From: Vicugna vicugna
Taxonomy: Eukaryota
Assembly (NCBI GenBank): GCA_013265495.1
Contig: MU058687.1
Coordinates: 248,001 to 312,000 of the forward strand
Reading direction: 5' to 3'
DNA length: 64,000 nt
Every line of letters starts with the position of its first letter. Position 1 is the first letter of the stretch. The notes below the pieces were generated by a model. The model saw only the letters and a program-made list of their open reading frames with translations, was not told the origin of the DNA and searched no databases. This document shows positions 26,317-39,280 of this stretch, piece after piece. Both the position numbers and the translations under genes were made by a program.

Positions 26317-28894
26317 CAAGCCAAAAGAGAATTAAGTCATTGTAGGCCCAGTGAGAACCCCACACAGACTTCCTGGGCCTTCATCTGGAAAGCAGAACAT
26401 GGAGAAGGAGGCAGGGTCCCGAACCAGACCATTTTTTTTAAATGTAACATGTAAATCCTAAGAACAGAAGGCCCAGCCCTTACCTATTTTGCAGAGCAAG
26501 GGTCATCCTTGAATTTAAACTAGGTCAGAGGGTGTAGGCTGCTGCTCAGTCCCAGGCAGCCCTGGTATTGGGTGTCACCAACCTGACAGTATGTGCAGAT
26601 GTCTTCTGTGTCACCAGAATTAACATCTGTCCAGGTGTCTTCTTCCTCCCCTTCCAGGCATCTGCCCTGATCCCGGAGGCCTTCGTACAACTAGTGACCA
26701 TGGAGTCAGGTCTTGGTCCTAGAAGGGGAGCTTGAAAGATGGGCATTCCACCCTGGCAGCCAGAATGGATGGGTGATTTCAGTGGAGGTCCAAATGCTAG
26801 AAAAAAAGCTTTGTGGTTCTGCAGCTGAAGGGCAAGCCGTGGACGATCTCTGATAAGAATCGCCTCCACACTGCTTCCAGGGCTACAAAAAACAGTCTGT
26901 CCACGTGATAGTTATCTTTCTCAGCATCATTTCCTCTCTGACTGGAGCTAATTATTTACTTTGAAAACATACAACAAAGTTTTAGGAAGCAGGAAAGGTA
27001 TTATACTCCTTCATCCCTTACCAGGGGAGGCATCTACTTGTGGTTGTCCCCCATGTCCCCCTCCCCTCAGCCAACCCTGCACAAGCCGGCAACTGGAGAG
27101 CCCATTTCTGTTTTCCCTCTAGAAACACTAGGCTCTGATTTTTCTCATGTGCAGTGGCCACAGCTGCTGTGTTGCCATGTCGTCATCCGGTTGCTATGAC
27201 TTGTGAGGTTGTAGATGTGCCAGAACGTGAATCTATTAATTTAACAGGAACTGGGCTCAGCACATATATTCCTTGTTAGGTCATTTGCTTTGCTACCTAA
27301 ACCACATCCAATGTGCTCAGCAGTGGGAACGTTTCCTAGAGTCTGGCTTTGCAAAAATGCTAAATGCCCTGAATTTGAAGCCTGCACAGTTTTATGTTAT
27401 TAAATTACTGTGGAGGAAATAAAGACATCCTAGTAAAGGTAGACAAACAGATCAGCTCACGAAAAAAAAAAATCAAGGGGAGGGAAATAGTCAAAGTCTC
27501 TGGTCTTCTTTCTCTACACATTGAGGTCCTTTCTGCAGGAGGTGTATGTACTTACTTCTGTGAAAATCCCATCTTGAGCCCAGGTTGCTCACTGACAAGG
27601 TCTCCAACGGCAGAACTAGGTGCTGCAGACCACAGTAAGAGAGATCACTGTCCTTTTCGGTGGCGCACACAAGCAGGCCTTTTTCATGCACCCCTTCGAT
27701 TAACACTTATTGAATGTCTACGGATTGGGTGTGCTAGGGATGCAAAGATTAAAAGAACGAAGTCTCTCTCTGTGGGAGAGAAAGACACAACAATTACAAC
27801 GCAAGACGAGAAGTATTATAACCAAGTTTTGGGTAGGGCACTAGGAGATTCCAGAGAAGGAAGCAAGCAGGTCTGTCTTGAGAGAGGGGTTATGGGTCAC
27901 CACCAGTATTTTTCTTTAAAAAAAAATTCAGAATTATCAGATGCATTGCATAAAGTAATATTAAGCATTGATTTGTGTAGCTTTTGTTTCCATTGTGTAC
28001 AATATATACGTGTGTTCGTATGGGGTCAGAGGGTAAAACATATTTCCTACATTCAGGCAAAGTGTGAAAGTTCTGGGTTTAGACAGTGATAAATAATGAC
28101 TATACACTGAGGGCCTGCGATGGGTCAGGCCTTAAAGTGTTGTCCCATTGATTCGTTGAAGAAACAAGCCATGATTTAAGAGATTGTCCAAATCCTTCCA
28201 AATTCTCCTTCCTTAGTAAATCAAGGCCAAGCCTGAAGGACCAGCTCCTTGAATCCTCTCTGAAAAGAGCAGAGGCCCCTTCCACCCAGGGCAGCTAGGC
28301 CAGTTCTAAGGCAGTAGAAGAGTAGCCACCCCCTTCCTGGCCTGCAGGATGGTGGGAGGGGAAGGTGGAGAGAGAAGAGAATCAGGAATGCATCATGCTT
28401 TTTCCTCCTCCCCAGGTCTCGGAATGGAGCAGGAAAGGTGCATTACCTAGTCAGTGTTACTGCAAGCACAGGGGGGGCTCTCACCCAGCTCCGTGCTGGG
28501 ATTCTGGGATGAAGCTGCCTCCAAAGTGGTTTTATACCAACAGAGGGCAGCCAGGTCAAAGTGAAGCTGTTGGTCAAGCCGTTGGGCAGAGAGAGGCTCT
28601 GAGGCTTAGCTCTCCTGGGTCCCTGCAGTTTCCACAATGCGCGGCTGCTACAATGAGAGCCAGAAGCCTGCTGTGGGACTGGCCCAGTGGAACAAGGTGA
28701 CCCTGCAGCAAGCTCAGGAAAGGCAGGGGCCTGAACCAGTGAGAACACAGGGGAAATGAGCAAAGGGGAGAAGCCAGTGTTGGGAGGCTGGGGTGGGGAG
28801 GAGTGGGGGGGCCTTGCTGAAGAATCCACAAGTTCATGCACCATAACCACGGGGCCTGCATAACGGGTACCAGCAGAAACCAAGAGGACAGTTA

Positions 28895-29080
28895 GGTGGT
28901 GGTTAGGAACAAAGATTCTGGGCTGCCCACACTCTGCCTGGCTTCAATTCCCATCTCTGCCACATACTACTTGTGTGACCTTAGACAAGTTACTTAGCCT
29001 TTTAGTGCCCTGGTTTCCTTGTTTTTAAAATGAGGATGATGATAACAATAGGCTGTTCTAAGAATTAAATTAGTTTGTGA
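28895..29080 (+). mobile_element. MIR SINE
   Basis: TGTGTGACCTTAGACAAGTTACTTAGCC...AAAATGAGGATGAT. Confidence 0.8.
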
Positions 29081-29364
29081 AGCTCTTATATATAAAGTGT
29101 TCTTTAAGCTCTTATATGTAAAGTGTTCTTATATATAAATGTTATTTAAGTTGAATAAATAAATCATTCACCAACCAAAAGGATTCTATAAGGATATCAC
29201 ATGATCCCAAGATCTCCAAATTGGACTTTCAGTAAAAAGCCCCTCAATCATCAGCTCATGAAGAAAGCTGGATCAGCTATCGACTGTACATTTAAGATAT
29301 GGTGTAAATTGAAAGATTTGACCCCTCTGCATAGTCCAACTGGGAAGACCAAAATTAAGCAGGG

Positions 29365-29488
29365 TTTTTTTGTTTGTTTGTTTTTGTTTTTTTGTTTGTT
29401 TTTGATTAATGAAGGTACTGGGGACTGATTAAACCCAGGACCTTATGCATGCTAAGCATGTGCTCTACCACCGAGCTATATCCACCCC
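29365..29488 (-). mobile_element. Camelid tRNA-derived SINE
   Basis: Reverse complement of the SINE head (AACCCAGGACC...CTCTACCACCGAGCTATA) with T-rich tail. Confidence 0.85.
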
Positions 29489-29553
29489 TTGAGCAATTTT
29501 TTAAGTAAGACATTACTTACCTCCAGTTGTCCAAATGTAATTCAGGAGGGGAC

Positions 29554-29992
29554 TGTGGTAGGCAGAATAACAGTCCTTCCCACAATATCCATGTCCAAAT
29601 CCCCAGAACCTACGAATATATTAGGTTACATGACAAAGGGGAATTAAGGTTGCTAATTAGCTAATCTTAAAATAAAGAGATTATTCTGGATTGTCAGGGT
29701 GGGCCAATGTAATCACAAGGATCCTTAAAAGAGTCCGAGGGAGATGTGACTATGGAGGAATGGTCAGGGAGATACAAGGTTGCTGGTTTTGAAGATGGAG
29801 AAAAAGGGGTCATGAGCCAAGAAATTCAGCTGGCTTTGGAAACTGGAAAAGGCAAGGAAACAGATTCTATCATAGAGAGTCGAGAAAGGAATGCAACTGT
29901 ACCAACACTTCGATTTTAGCCTGTTAGATAAGAATCTGCATTGTTTTAAGCTACCAGTTTTGTGGTAGTGTTACAGTAGCCATGGAAAACTA
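29554..29992 (+). mobile_element. MaLR solo LTR (MLT1D-like)
   Basis: TGTGGTAGGCAGAATAA...AAAGGGGAATTAAGGTTGC...GGAAAAGGCAAGGAAACAGATTCT. Confidence 0.85.
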
Positions 29993-32244
29993 AGGTGGGA
30001 ACATTTTCTAAATGTGTTAGTTTCTGGAAAGTATTCACATCATGTATTAGATACATGTATTACAATGTGCATTAGAAGCCCCAGTTTTCAGATTATAGTT
30101 TGAGCAGGAAGTCTGGCTGGGTGGGCAAGGCAGTCCCAGGATGCCAGCTCACCAGGAGGTTCCCAGAGCAACAGGTCGAGAAGTTACTCTGAGACAGTAG
30201 TTTTAAAGTACAGTCTGTATACATTCCTCAGGCTGAGGGATGAACTCCAATATGCAAATGGTTTCTTGGAGCTTCTTCTCGGACTTGATAACTGTTGGTA
30301 CTAGCAGGCCACAGTGTGGAGGCTGAGTATAGAAATGGTTAACAAAAATAAACCAGAGTCAGCCGTCAAAAGCTGCTGTGGAAATTCCGTGCCTTTGATG
30401 ACCACAGTTCCCCGGCAAGGTTGTATAACCACCCAGAGTTTGTAAATGAGTCTTTCTTTTCACAATGAAGAGAAAAACACAAACTTAAGAGTCAAGGCAA
30501 TGTGCACAGCATTTCTGGCATCCAGCTCAGCAGCAATGCTGGGGTTCAATCACCCTGCACAGGTTGATTTTTTCCTGTCTGAGACAGGCAAATATTTATT
30601 GGTGTGCATAGCTCAAAGGTTAAGCTCACTGCACAGTGGGGAGGAAGTCTTTTCACAATCCTCTGCCAGTAACATAATATTGGTCCTGGGACATCAGTCT
30701 TAGCATTAATGTGGGAGGTGTCATTTGAGTTCTTAGGCCAAGAAGTTGCTAGACATTCATGAGGTTACTTTAGGTCTCATGATCTCTTAAGGGAAGAAGG
30801 AAGTCCTCCTATTATGGGAGTGGTCATATCTGGGGATTACAACAAGGGACCATATACTGTGGCAGTATACAGAGTCCATAAGGAGCTACAGTTCTTTGGA
30901 GATCTTTGTGAACGTGGGATTCTTCACAGTAGCTCCAAAGAACTGTGTATAAAAGCTGTACTTTGTGGATTTCTTGGAGAGGGCACAAGGCCCTGTGGAC
31001 TCCCTAATGTATCCCCTTCTACTTCCTAATTACAAAGAGTTCCCCAGAAGGCAATGAGATGGAAGGACCACACTGGATGGCTAGCTCTAAATTACATTTA
31101 TATTACATTTATATTTAGAGCAGCCCAGCATGTCAGCTGGACCATCTCTGGCCCTTCTATCACTCATTTAGAATTACTCTCTAAAGCTATCTCATTTGAA
31201 CAGCCTTTGCCCTGTAGTGTTGGGCTTTGCCTGGTTTCCTGACGTGAATTTTTCCCTTTGCCCCTAGTGGGAAGGTGTGGTCACTGACTCACCTGCCAGA
31301 CTCTCCTTGTCTGACTCCAGTCGATTGGTTAACTCCCATCTGATGTGGCTGCAAAGAGCTGGAGGACCTGTGGAATGACACAGAACTCCTGTGTGGTGCA
31401 AATCCCAGGTCCTGGTGTGGTTCTGGCAATATCTATGAATTCCTGTCCTGAGCTGCACTCACCTTCCTTTAGCCTAGGAATTCATCCTCCCCCAGGAGGA
31501 GAAACAAAACTAACAGCCTTGAGGGCTAATAGCCAGAGGCCTGGATTCTGGGTGTTGGTTACAGATTCATAACATCTACCCTAGAGAAGGAGACCATATA
31601 ACAAATAAAGCTTGGCTTTGTGGCCCAGCTAGTCCTGGTTTCAAATGAGAGCCTACACCAAGTCAGGGTCTTGTTGACTGTATTGTGGTGACTGGCCAAC
31701 CTTACCACATTTATAGGTATGAACGGACATGATGCAAGAGGTGGGTGTACATCCACACCTGAGTACAGTGTGGCCACAGGGGTTCTCCCAGCACACGCTA
31801 TCTCCAGGAAGCAGATAACCTATGGAAGGCTACATTCTTCTCCCTTCTGTGGAGTTAAATGGAGCTTCTAGAGATTTCTAACAGCTACACAAAGGAATGA
31901 TTTGAATTGTCTAAATCCTGTCAAGGCAGTGAATTGAGGGCTTCATGCATCAAAAAGTGAGACACATGCCAAAAAACCACAAACAAACCTCCAATTGCTC
32001 TTTCTGCAACTGAAACCAGTAATAATGCATAGAGCAAGGACAGGATTAGCTGCCCTGCACTTCCCCATCTCCCCCATCCCTTGCCTTCTGGTATAGCTAG
32101 AGGACTGTGAGCTCACATCTGCCACATTTCTGCATGCCTTGTGAGCAGAGCCATTGACTGCCCTTTGTTCCAAACTATCTTTTTAAGATAGTGTCTTTCT
32201 CAGAGCAAAGTACAGGCATGCCTACTGTACATTATTTGAAATCT

Positions 32245-32515
32245 GGTTCCCTAAGCTTAGGATTCCTCTCTTCCACGGGCCTCACTGTGTGCGGGTGTCA
32301 CCTGGCTCTCTTTGTGTTGCCTTTGGGAACTGGAGCTCAGGAGCCACTGTAAGAAAATGCCAATACTCTTGCTACTGTTGCTGTGAATAAAGAAGTTCTT
32401 TGTTTCTGACCCAGAAGTCTTGTATGTTCTGCCAGCATCCACGAAACCGTGGCAAGCTAACTTGTTAGCTTGCAAAGTGGATAAAAAAATCTGAGCACCT
32501 TCTCAGTTCTTGACA
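32245..32515 (+). mobile_element. MER54-like LTR 3' part
   Basis: AATAAA then GGCAAGCTAACTTGTTAGCTTGCAA...CAGTTCTTGACA. Confidence 0.6.
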
Positions 32516-33729
32516 ACCCCTTATTTCTTTCTCATAAAACATACCTCCTTGACCCACCAACTATCCCCTTCATGTCTGTGATCCTTAAAGCCAACTTGGT
32601 GGTTTGGGGCCAAAGGAAAACTACTTTTACCCAGGTGGGGACAAACCAAAGGATCAAATTGAAGAGCAAGGCTGAAGCTAGGGCTGGAATGAGCTATCAG
32701 GAGACTTGGTTTAAGCCCAAGAGCAGAGGAGGATCTTCATACTTCTAGGCTGTTTATGGCTATATTGTTGGTTGTATGTTCTAGTCAACTGACTGACAGG
32801 CAATTCTCAACCTACTTTGGTAAATAAACTCATTGGTTTACTCATATGTAAAATGAAATGAGTTGGATTAGATTATTCCTGAGGTTCTTTCCATCTATAA
32901 AATCTGTGCTTTGTAAATTTGTAACAGAGCTGCTGAGCACAGACACTAGGCATGTGACCTAAATTAAAAGAATAATTGCAAAGAAGACTATGGTATAGTA
33001 GAGAGAACATAGCATTAGAAATTAAGAAGCTTGAATTCCAAAATGAAGAGGTGATATATTCTAAAAAATACTATTAATTAAATGTGTAGTAGGTCTTTTA
33101 ATATTCAAATATTAAAATTACTTGATTTTCTCTTTTTTGAAACAGAAGAGGGATATTCATAAGATCTAGATAAAACATGGGTTAAATTGTCTTAGGTTTG
33201 GGTTTCAATGAAAACATTTCTTTCTACTAATAAAGTTATTCACTACTGCAAAAAAAGGAAAAATGAAGCCTGAATTCCAGGCCTAGGCTGCCACTACCTA
33301 GCTGTGTGATGCTGGACAAGTCACTCAGCTTTAGCTAAGTGGCAAAATGATTTTAGGTGGCTCAGGGATGTGGCATTAAATCCTACAGTGAAAAAGTAAG
33401 TTTCAACTTTCTTTTTATTTTTCTGATTATGTCTCAGTTTAGTGCTAGTGTGTCTTCAGTGGCTCTTTAAGACTTGCTAATCTCTCTTTTTGACAAAGCG
33501 AGAGAAGCTCAGACACTTCACAGACAGCACTGTTTCCTGGCCCACGAAATGGGAAGAGTGATAGCTCCCTCGGTTTGTTAAGAAGGAGATAACATAACAC
33601 CTGAAACCCTCAGCCCAGGGCTCAGCTTGGAGATGACTTGTGATAAGGGAAAAAGGCTGACGACTTGACTCAGCACCCACCCTGGTGCCAGCCTTGGCCT
33701 TTCACATGTCAGCTCCCACATCCTCACAG

Positions 33730-33940
33730 TAACCCGTGCAGTGGGTGTTGTTATTCTCGCTCAGTAACCCCATGCGGTAGGTACTGTTCTCCTCATGTTA
33801 CAGACGAGTGAGCTGAGGCTCAGAGAGGGTGAGTAACTTGCCTGGAGTCTTAGAACCTGTAAGTTGATCCAGATGAGGTTCAAACCCCAATTTCTCTGAC
33901 GTCAAAGATCTGCTTTTTCCCAAATCATCACATTGCTGCC
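33730..33940 (-). mobile_element. MIR SINE
   Basis: TTACAGACGAGTGAGCTGAGGCTCAGAGAGGGTGAGTAACTTGCC. Confidence 0.75.
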
Positions 33941-34598
33941 TCCCACTAACTCTGAAGCCAGACCTGATTAAATAGGAATCACCTGGCTAGAGATGGGGAG
34001 ACGGGGACACAGAAGGAACTGTGAATCCCTGTCTTGCTTATGAGCATCCTTGGTCTCATTGCCAATCTGGGACAGCCTCGGGGACCCTGGTTCCTGGTCC
34101 TGGTTTCCCACTGTCTCTCCTATTCCCACTTGTCCAATGGAAAATTCTTTCATCATCCAATCCTCCAGGCGCTGGAGACCTTTCATTGGCTGCTTATTCA
34201 GGTTGCTGGATCCCCACCTTCTGTTGGATTTTTCTTCTACCATCCTCTTCCCTGTTTGGACTTTGGCTAGTTGCCTGACATTGGACCAGTGCTAACCCTT
34301 GACCCTGTGGGACTCAGCTAGGTGTCTTGGTCTCCACCAATCTTCTGGCTCGATGGTGACTTCCCCTACAGCAAAGTAACTTCTCTCACACAGTTTGTCC
34401 TCTCAGAGCCTCCACCTTTCTTTGCTCTAGTTTGTCATGACTCAGTGTGTGGGCAGCACCTAGGCTGTTTCTCTCTCGGGTTACTGCCAATCCACACTTC
34501 AGGCCACCGTCATCTCCCAACTGGACAACTCTAATGGGCACCAGTCTTGCTTGACTCCATTCCTTCTCCAGAGTACAGTTAAAACTGGGCTTTCTAGT

Positions 34599-34738
34599 GG
34601 GGAGGATTGAGCTCGGGGGTTGAGGGCATGCAGAGGTAGAGTGCTGGGTTCAATTCCCAGTGCCTCCGTTTAAAAATAAACCTAATTGCCTCCCCCCATC
34701 AAAACAAACAAACAAACAAACAAACAAACAAAACCCCC
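34599..34738 (+). mobile_element. Diverged camelid tRNA-derived SINE
   Basis: B-box GGGTTCAATTCCC, TAAACCTAATTGCCTCCCC, (AAAC)n tail; imperfect TSD ctgggctttct / ctgagctttct. Confidence 0.8.
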
Positions 34739-35024
34739 CTGAGCTTTCTGAAGTGCCACCTGATTGTGAAACTCTCCCGCTTATTCTTCAGCATGTCCCC
34801 ACTATCCTTTAGATAAAATCATGATCCTTCAGCCTGGCTTTTAAAAATCTTTGTGAACTGGTGCCTACTGAACCCTTTAGCCTATTCTCTCCCCATGACA
34901 AGCCAGTGGTGTTGACACTAGTTACAGTCTCTGAATGATTCTGGATGTCCTTGGCACACAGTCAGTGCACCTTTATTGCTCCAGTAGTATCCTGGGTCAT
35001 CTACTATCACAGTGAGGCAGAACT

Positions 35025-35260
35025 ATTTCAGCGGAGGAGCTGGATTAAAATTCTAGGTATTCCACTTGCCCCAGCTGTGTGACCTTGGGCAAGTCACTCA
35101 ACCTCTCTGTGCTTCCATTTCCTCATCTGTAAGATGGAGATAATAAAAGTACCTACTAGTAGGGCTTGTGTGAAGATTAAAAGTGATAAAGCATGGCCAA
35201 TGGCATAGTGCAGTGTCTAGCACATAGTGAGCATTTAATAAATACTGGCTATTGTTATTT
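35025..35260 (+). mobile_element. Near full-length MIR SINE
   Basis: Core AGCTGTGTGACCTTGGGCAAGTCACTCAACCTCTCTGTGCTTCCATTTCCTCATCTGTAAGATGGAGATAATAA. Confidence 0.9.
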
Positions 35261-36889
35261 CAGCACACACCGAAACACACCGTAAACTACTGTAAAGACC
35301 AGTCCCCTGTTTTGTATTCCTCACTCTAAGCATCTTGAGGGCAGCGAGTGTGGCTCATTCACCACTGAATCTCTGGGTGCCTAGCACAGAACCTGACACA
35401 TATGGTACTCAATACATGTTTACTCAGTGGGTGAATGAATGGATGTCTTGCTCCCTAGTTTAGCTAAGTTGACTTTGCCTGATCCTGAAGTTCTCTTTGG
35501 ATTCCCAAGAACAGTTTTCCCGGCTCTGGCCTGGGCAGGTCACAGCCCAAATCTTGTCTATGGCAGTGAGATTTCAGCTCTAAACAACTGGTGTCAATAC
35601 AGGTAAGAAAGAGCCCTGGTGGTGTCAAAGAAAAATCTCTCCCAGTTTGTCGTCTCAGTACCTCTACTTGCCTTGATTCTACTTTGTCATGACTAGGTGT
35701 GGGCAGCACCCAACCAGAGCAGGGCATTCGTCCCTTCAACAAGGGTTTTCTGGGCCATACCCTGTTGGGTGCTGAGGGGAGAGTGTGAGCCCTGCTTCCA
35801 GGGAGCTTGCTGAGGGGTGGCCAGGGTCAGATCTGGCTGGCCAGGCAGGGAGATAGGCAGCTCCCTTGCAGGGCGCACTCAGCAGTTGTCAGGATCTGAA
35901 CTAGCCACATGCGTGAGAGCCAAAGCATGAATGAGGGACCAGAGAGTCTGGGTCCCAGCATCTGGAGCAAATCAAAGGTTAGGGCAGAATGTCAGTCACA
36001 CTGAGAAGAGGCAGAGTTGAGGCTAGCAAAGATTGGAGTTTAGCAGGTGAAGCCCAGCACCAGCATGGAGGCTATTGCCTGCTTGTTCTTTATTTATTTT
36101 ATTTTTTTCTTCTCTCCAGGGAGAAGACTGAAGGCAAAGAGAAAGCTGCTCAGGATCTCCTGCCCCTAAAAGTAAGGGTGAATAAGAGAGCAGCAGTGGC
36201 CACAGGCCAGTATTCAAAAGCAGTTTTGTGTTTCCTGTCAAGACCTGCCTCAGGAAGGCAGTGGCTGTGGGCTTGGACAGTGGGGCCTGCTCCTGGGCCA
36301 GCTGCTGGCAATGTGGGAACATCGAGGACCGGGACACAAGGCCTGGAGCACAGAGCCTGGAGCCTGCCTCTAAACCAGCTGTGCAGCCTTGCTAACACAC
36401 TTCACATCTTGGACCTACATTCCTCCACTTAGAAAAGGAAGGTTGGGACATTGCTAAGGGTTTCCAACCTTCCAATCTAAAGACTTATTTTTCAAAGCAA
36501 AAAATTTCAAAGACTCCACAGGATGGCAGTGGTCTTTTTGGTATCTGTTGATCAAAAGAAAATGCAACATGATTTTAAAAAAAAAGCTTTTATATCTTTT
36601 AAAGGAATTTGAATTTTATCAATCACAGGAGCATCTGCTGTCATTTACAAAAATTAGGGGTGCGACAACCTTAGTGTCCCAGAGTTACATCCTTCATGAA
36701 AAACTTTTACTCAGATCCAACCAGCAGAGCTTTTGTCTTCCTTAGAACTCAGAGAAGTTAGTTACCTATATCTCTGACTTGAAAAATATGAGGGACACCA
36801 CATTCCTGGGCAAGTGTTTTTCAAACTTTTACTTATTATAAAGTCCATCATGATGCTAATATGATAGAACAAAATTTGAAAGCAGGGAT

Positions 36890-37460
36890 GATGGGTGACA
36901 TCTGTCACTTTTTGGCTGCTGGGCTTCAGAATCCCTTCCCAGGTGTATGGAAGACTCCAACTTAAGAGTGTTAGTGGCAGTTAGAGCCCACTGCTCATCT
37001 CTCAGTGCAGAGGCTGAAACCAGCAGACACTTCCCAGCCTCCTTTCTCGGCAGGGTTTAAACATGTGACCTGAGCTCGGCCAATCCGAGGCAGTGCTCTG
37101 GATTCTGAGTCAGAGACCACAGAGAGAGCCTCTGAGATAACCTTTTGCAGTGGGGTGGCTGCAGCTGTAGCAGCCTTGTCCAGATTCCAGGGTATCAGCA
37201 GCAGCAGGGTCGCATTCAGGCTCTAACAGTGGTTGTGGCACAAGCTTCCCAGGGTTCTGAGGTCCAGGCAGGACTCTCTGGAGAGCCTCTGTGCCACCGC
37301 TGTGGGCACGTTCCTGACTGCCACCCACATCCTTGTTCTTGTTCAGGCCCCGAGCCGGGCTCTCCCGCCTTCCTAGGGACTGTGGGGTACTCGACATCCT
37401 TCCCGTGAATTCCTCTTCCTCTTAACTCATCCAGAGCCAGTTCCTGTTGCATTTTTAAGT
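36890..37460 (+). mobile_element. ERVL LTR (LTR33-like)
   Basis: TTCCCAGCCTCC...CATGTGACCTGAGCTCGGCCAATC...CCAGAGCCAGTTCCTGTTGC. Confidence 0.6.
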
Positions 37461-37571
37461 CAGGGCCCAAGCCGATTCGTGGTCTTTTGTCAGTCTCAGC
37501 ATCCAACTTCTTTTTGTATTTTCTTTGGTCGCATAGTTCTAGAAAATTCTGATCATACAGACGGATGATAA

Positions 37572-37900
37572 CTTAGTCTGTTCGGGCAGCTATGACAAAT
37601 TACCATAGACTAGGTGGCTTATCAACAACAGGAACTTATGTCTCTCAGTTCCGGAGACTGGAAGTCTAAGATCAGAGTGCCAGCATGTTGGGTGGGGGGC
37701 CTTTTCCAAGTTACAGACTGGCAGAAGGAGCTAGAGAGATTTGTGGGGCCTCTTTTATGAGGGCACTGATCTCAATCATTAGGGATTTATGCTATTACCT
37801 AAAGTCACTCCCAAAGGTCTCATCTTCTAGTACCATCCCCTTGGGGATTCAGATTTCAACATGTGAATTTGGGGGTGGGGCATACATTCAAACCATTACA
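37572..37900 (-). mobile_element. MaLR LTR (MLT1A-like)
   Basis: TACCATAGACTAGGTGGCTTA...GGAAGTCTAAGATCA...CATTCAAACCATTACA. Confidence 0.8.
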
Positions 37901-37904
37901 TAAT

Positions 37905-38100
37905 ACCCACTGTATGCCAGACCCTATTCTAATCATTTTAACAAATATTAACTCACTTAACAAACTTTTGAGGTAGGTCTGTCATTAACATTCCCCTTTT
38001 ATAGATGAGAAAACTGAGGTACCAAGGAGTGGAATAATTTGCCCAAGGTCAAGGATTTAAATCAAGGCCGTCCTGCAACGAAGTTTGTGCTCTTAACTCC
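37905..38100 (-). mobile_element. MIR SINE
   Basis: TTTTATAGATGAGAAAACTGAGG...TTTGCCCAAGGTC. Confidence 0.75.
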
Positions 38101-38529
38101 TGCTAACAGTATTTTTTTCACAATTTGTCTTTTGAGATTAGAATAGTTTTCCATTAAACCACTTTAAAAGCTAGAAATAGAAGTGGAAATTTTTACTTCA
38201 AAGTTGAATGAGTAACAATCAAAATATCCAGTAACTGCTCTTCGTCCTCATCATAAACATAAAAGTCAGGCAATAAACAACTAAAACTTACAACAACTAC
38301 TAAACAAACAAGACAATTTGATCACTCTGAATTCACTGTTACAAGCCTGGTGGTTTATGGAGCCTCGTGGATCCCAGTGCAGGAAGTACTCAGCTCTTCA
38401 TTGCTCTGACTTGGCAAGCAGACGTGCCCAGGCTGGTGCAAGGCACACCCACTAGCAGGGCCAGCCTGGGCTCAGAGACACCAGGAGAAGCTCGTGCCAA
38501 AGTCCGCACAAAACTGAATTTACAAAAAA

Positions 38530-39280
38530 AAGATACCACATTGATGACAGTATGTCACAGGGGCACAGGAGTCAACCGAGGCAGCTCCCAATGGCCAAAG
38601 CTGGAACAATCTGAGGAATAAAATAAAACAATCTGATAATAATTCAAAGTATAAAGTAAATATCCATGAGTCCCTCCTGACATAAAGTCTTTGAAAGAGA
38701 AGACTTTGCAGTGGAGAAATCTGACAAACACGACTGCAGGCAGGTGATGAGATCAACACCACCAGTCATAAATCATGTTGCCAGCACGTACCTGTGACGG
38801 GTGATGAAAATGGCACTTGACCTCTGTGATCATCCTCCCCAAAATCCATATCCCCAGTCTACCCGTGAGAAAAATATCAGACAAATCCCAATGGAGGGAT
38901 TGTAAGCAGGATGAAATACTCAACCAGTACTCACAAGGTCATCCAAAACAAGGAAAGTCTGAGGAACTGTTACAGCCAAGAGGAGCCTAAGACATAACAC
39001 CTTAATGTAATGTGGCTTCTCAGATGGGATCCTGAAACCGAAAACAGCCATTAGGTAAAAACTAAGGAAATCTGAATAAACTATGGACTTTAGCTTAAAA
39101 TAATGTCTCCATATTGATTCCATCAATTGTGACAAATGTACCACACCCATGTAAAATGTTATTAATAGGGGAAAGTGAGAGCTGGGGACGGGGTAGGTAA
39201 TAGGAGAATTCTGTACGATCTGCTCAATTTCTTTGTAAATCTAAAATTTTTATTTTAAAAAGTTTGTTACTTAAAAAGAA
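38530..39280 (+). mobile_element. Old L1 (L1MC/MD-class) 3'UTR
   Basis: CTCCCAATGGCCAAAGCTGGAACAAT, AAACAAGGAAAGTCTGAGGAACTG, AAACTAAGGAAATCTGAATAAA hallmarks. Confidence 0.75.

Noticed and set aside
29080..29139. 26-bp period direct duplication
   Set aside because: Ordinary slippage at a MIR 3' end; no spacers, not CRISPR-like
33728..33790. ~35-bp imperfect duplication, and a CRE at 33897-33904
   Set aside because: Both lie within a decayed MIR; no other support
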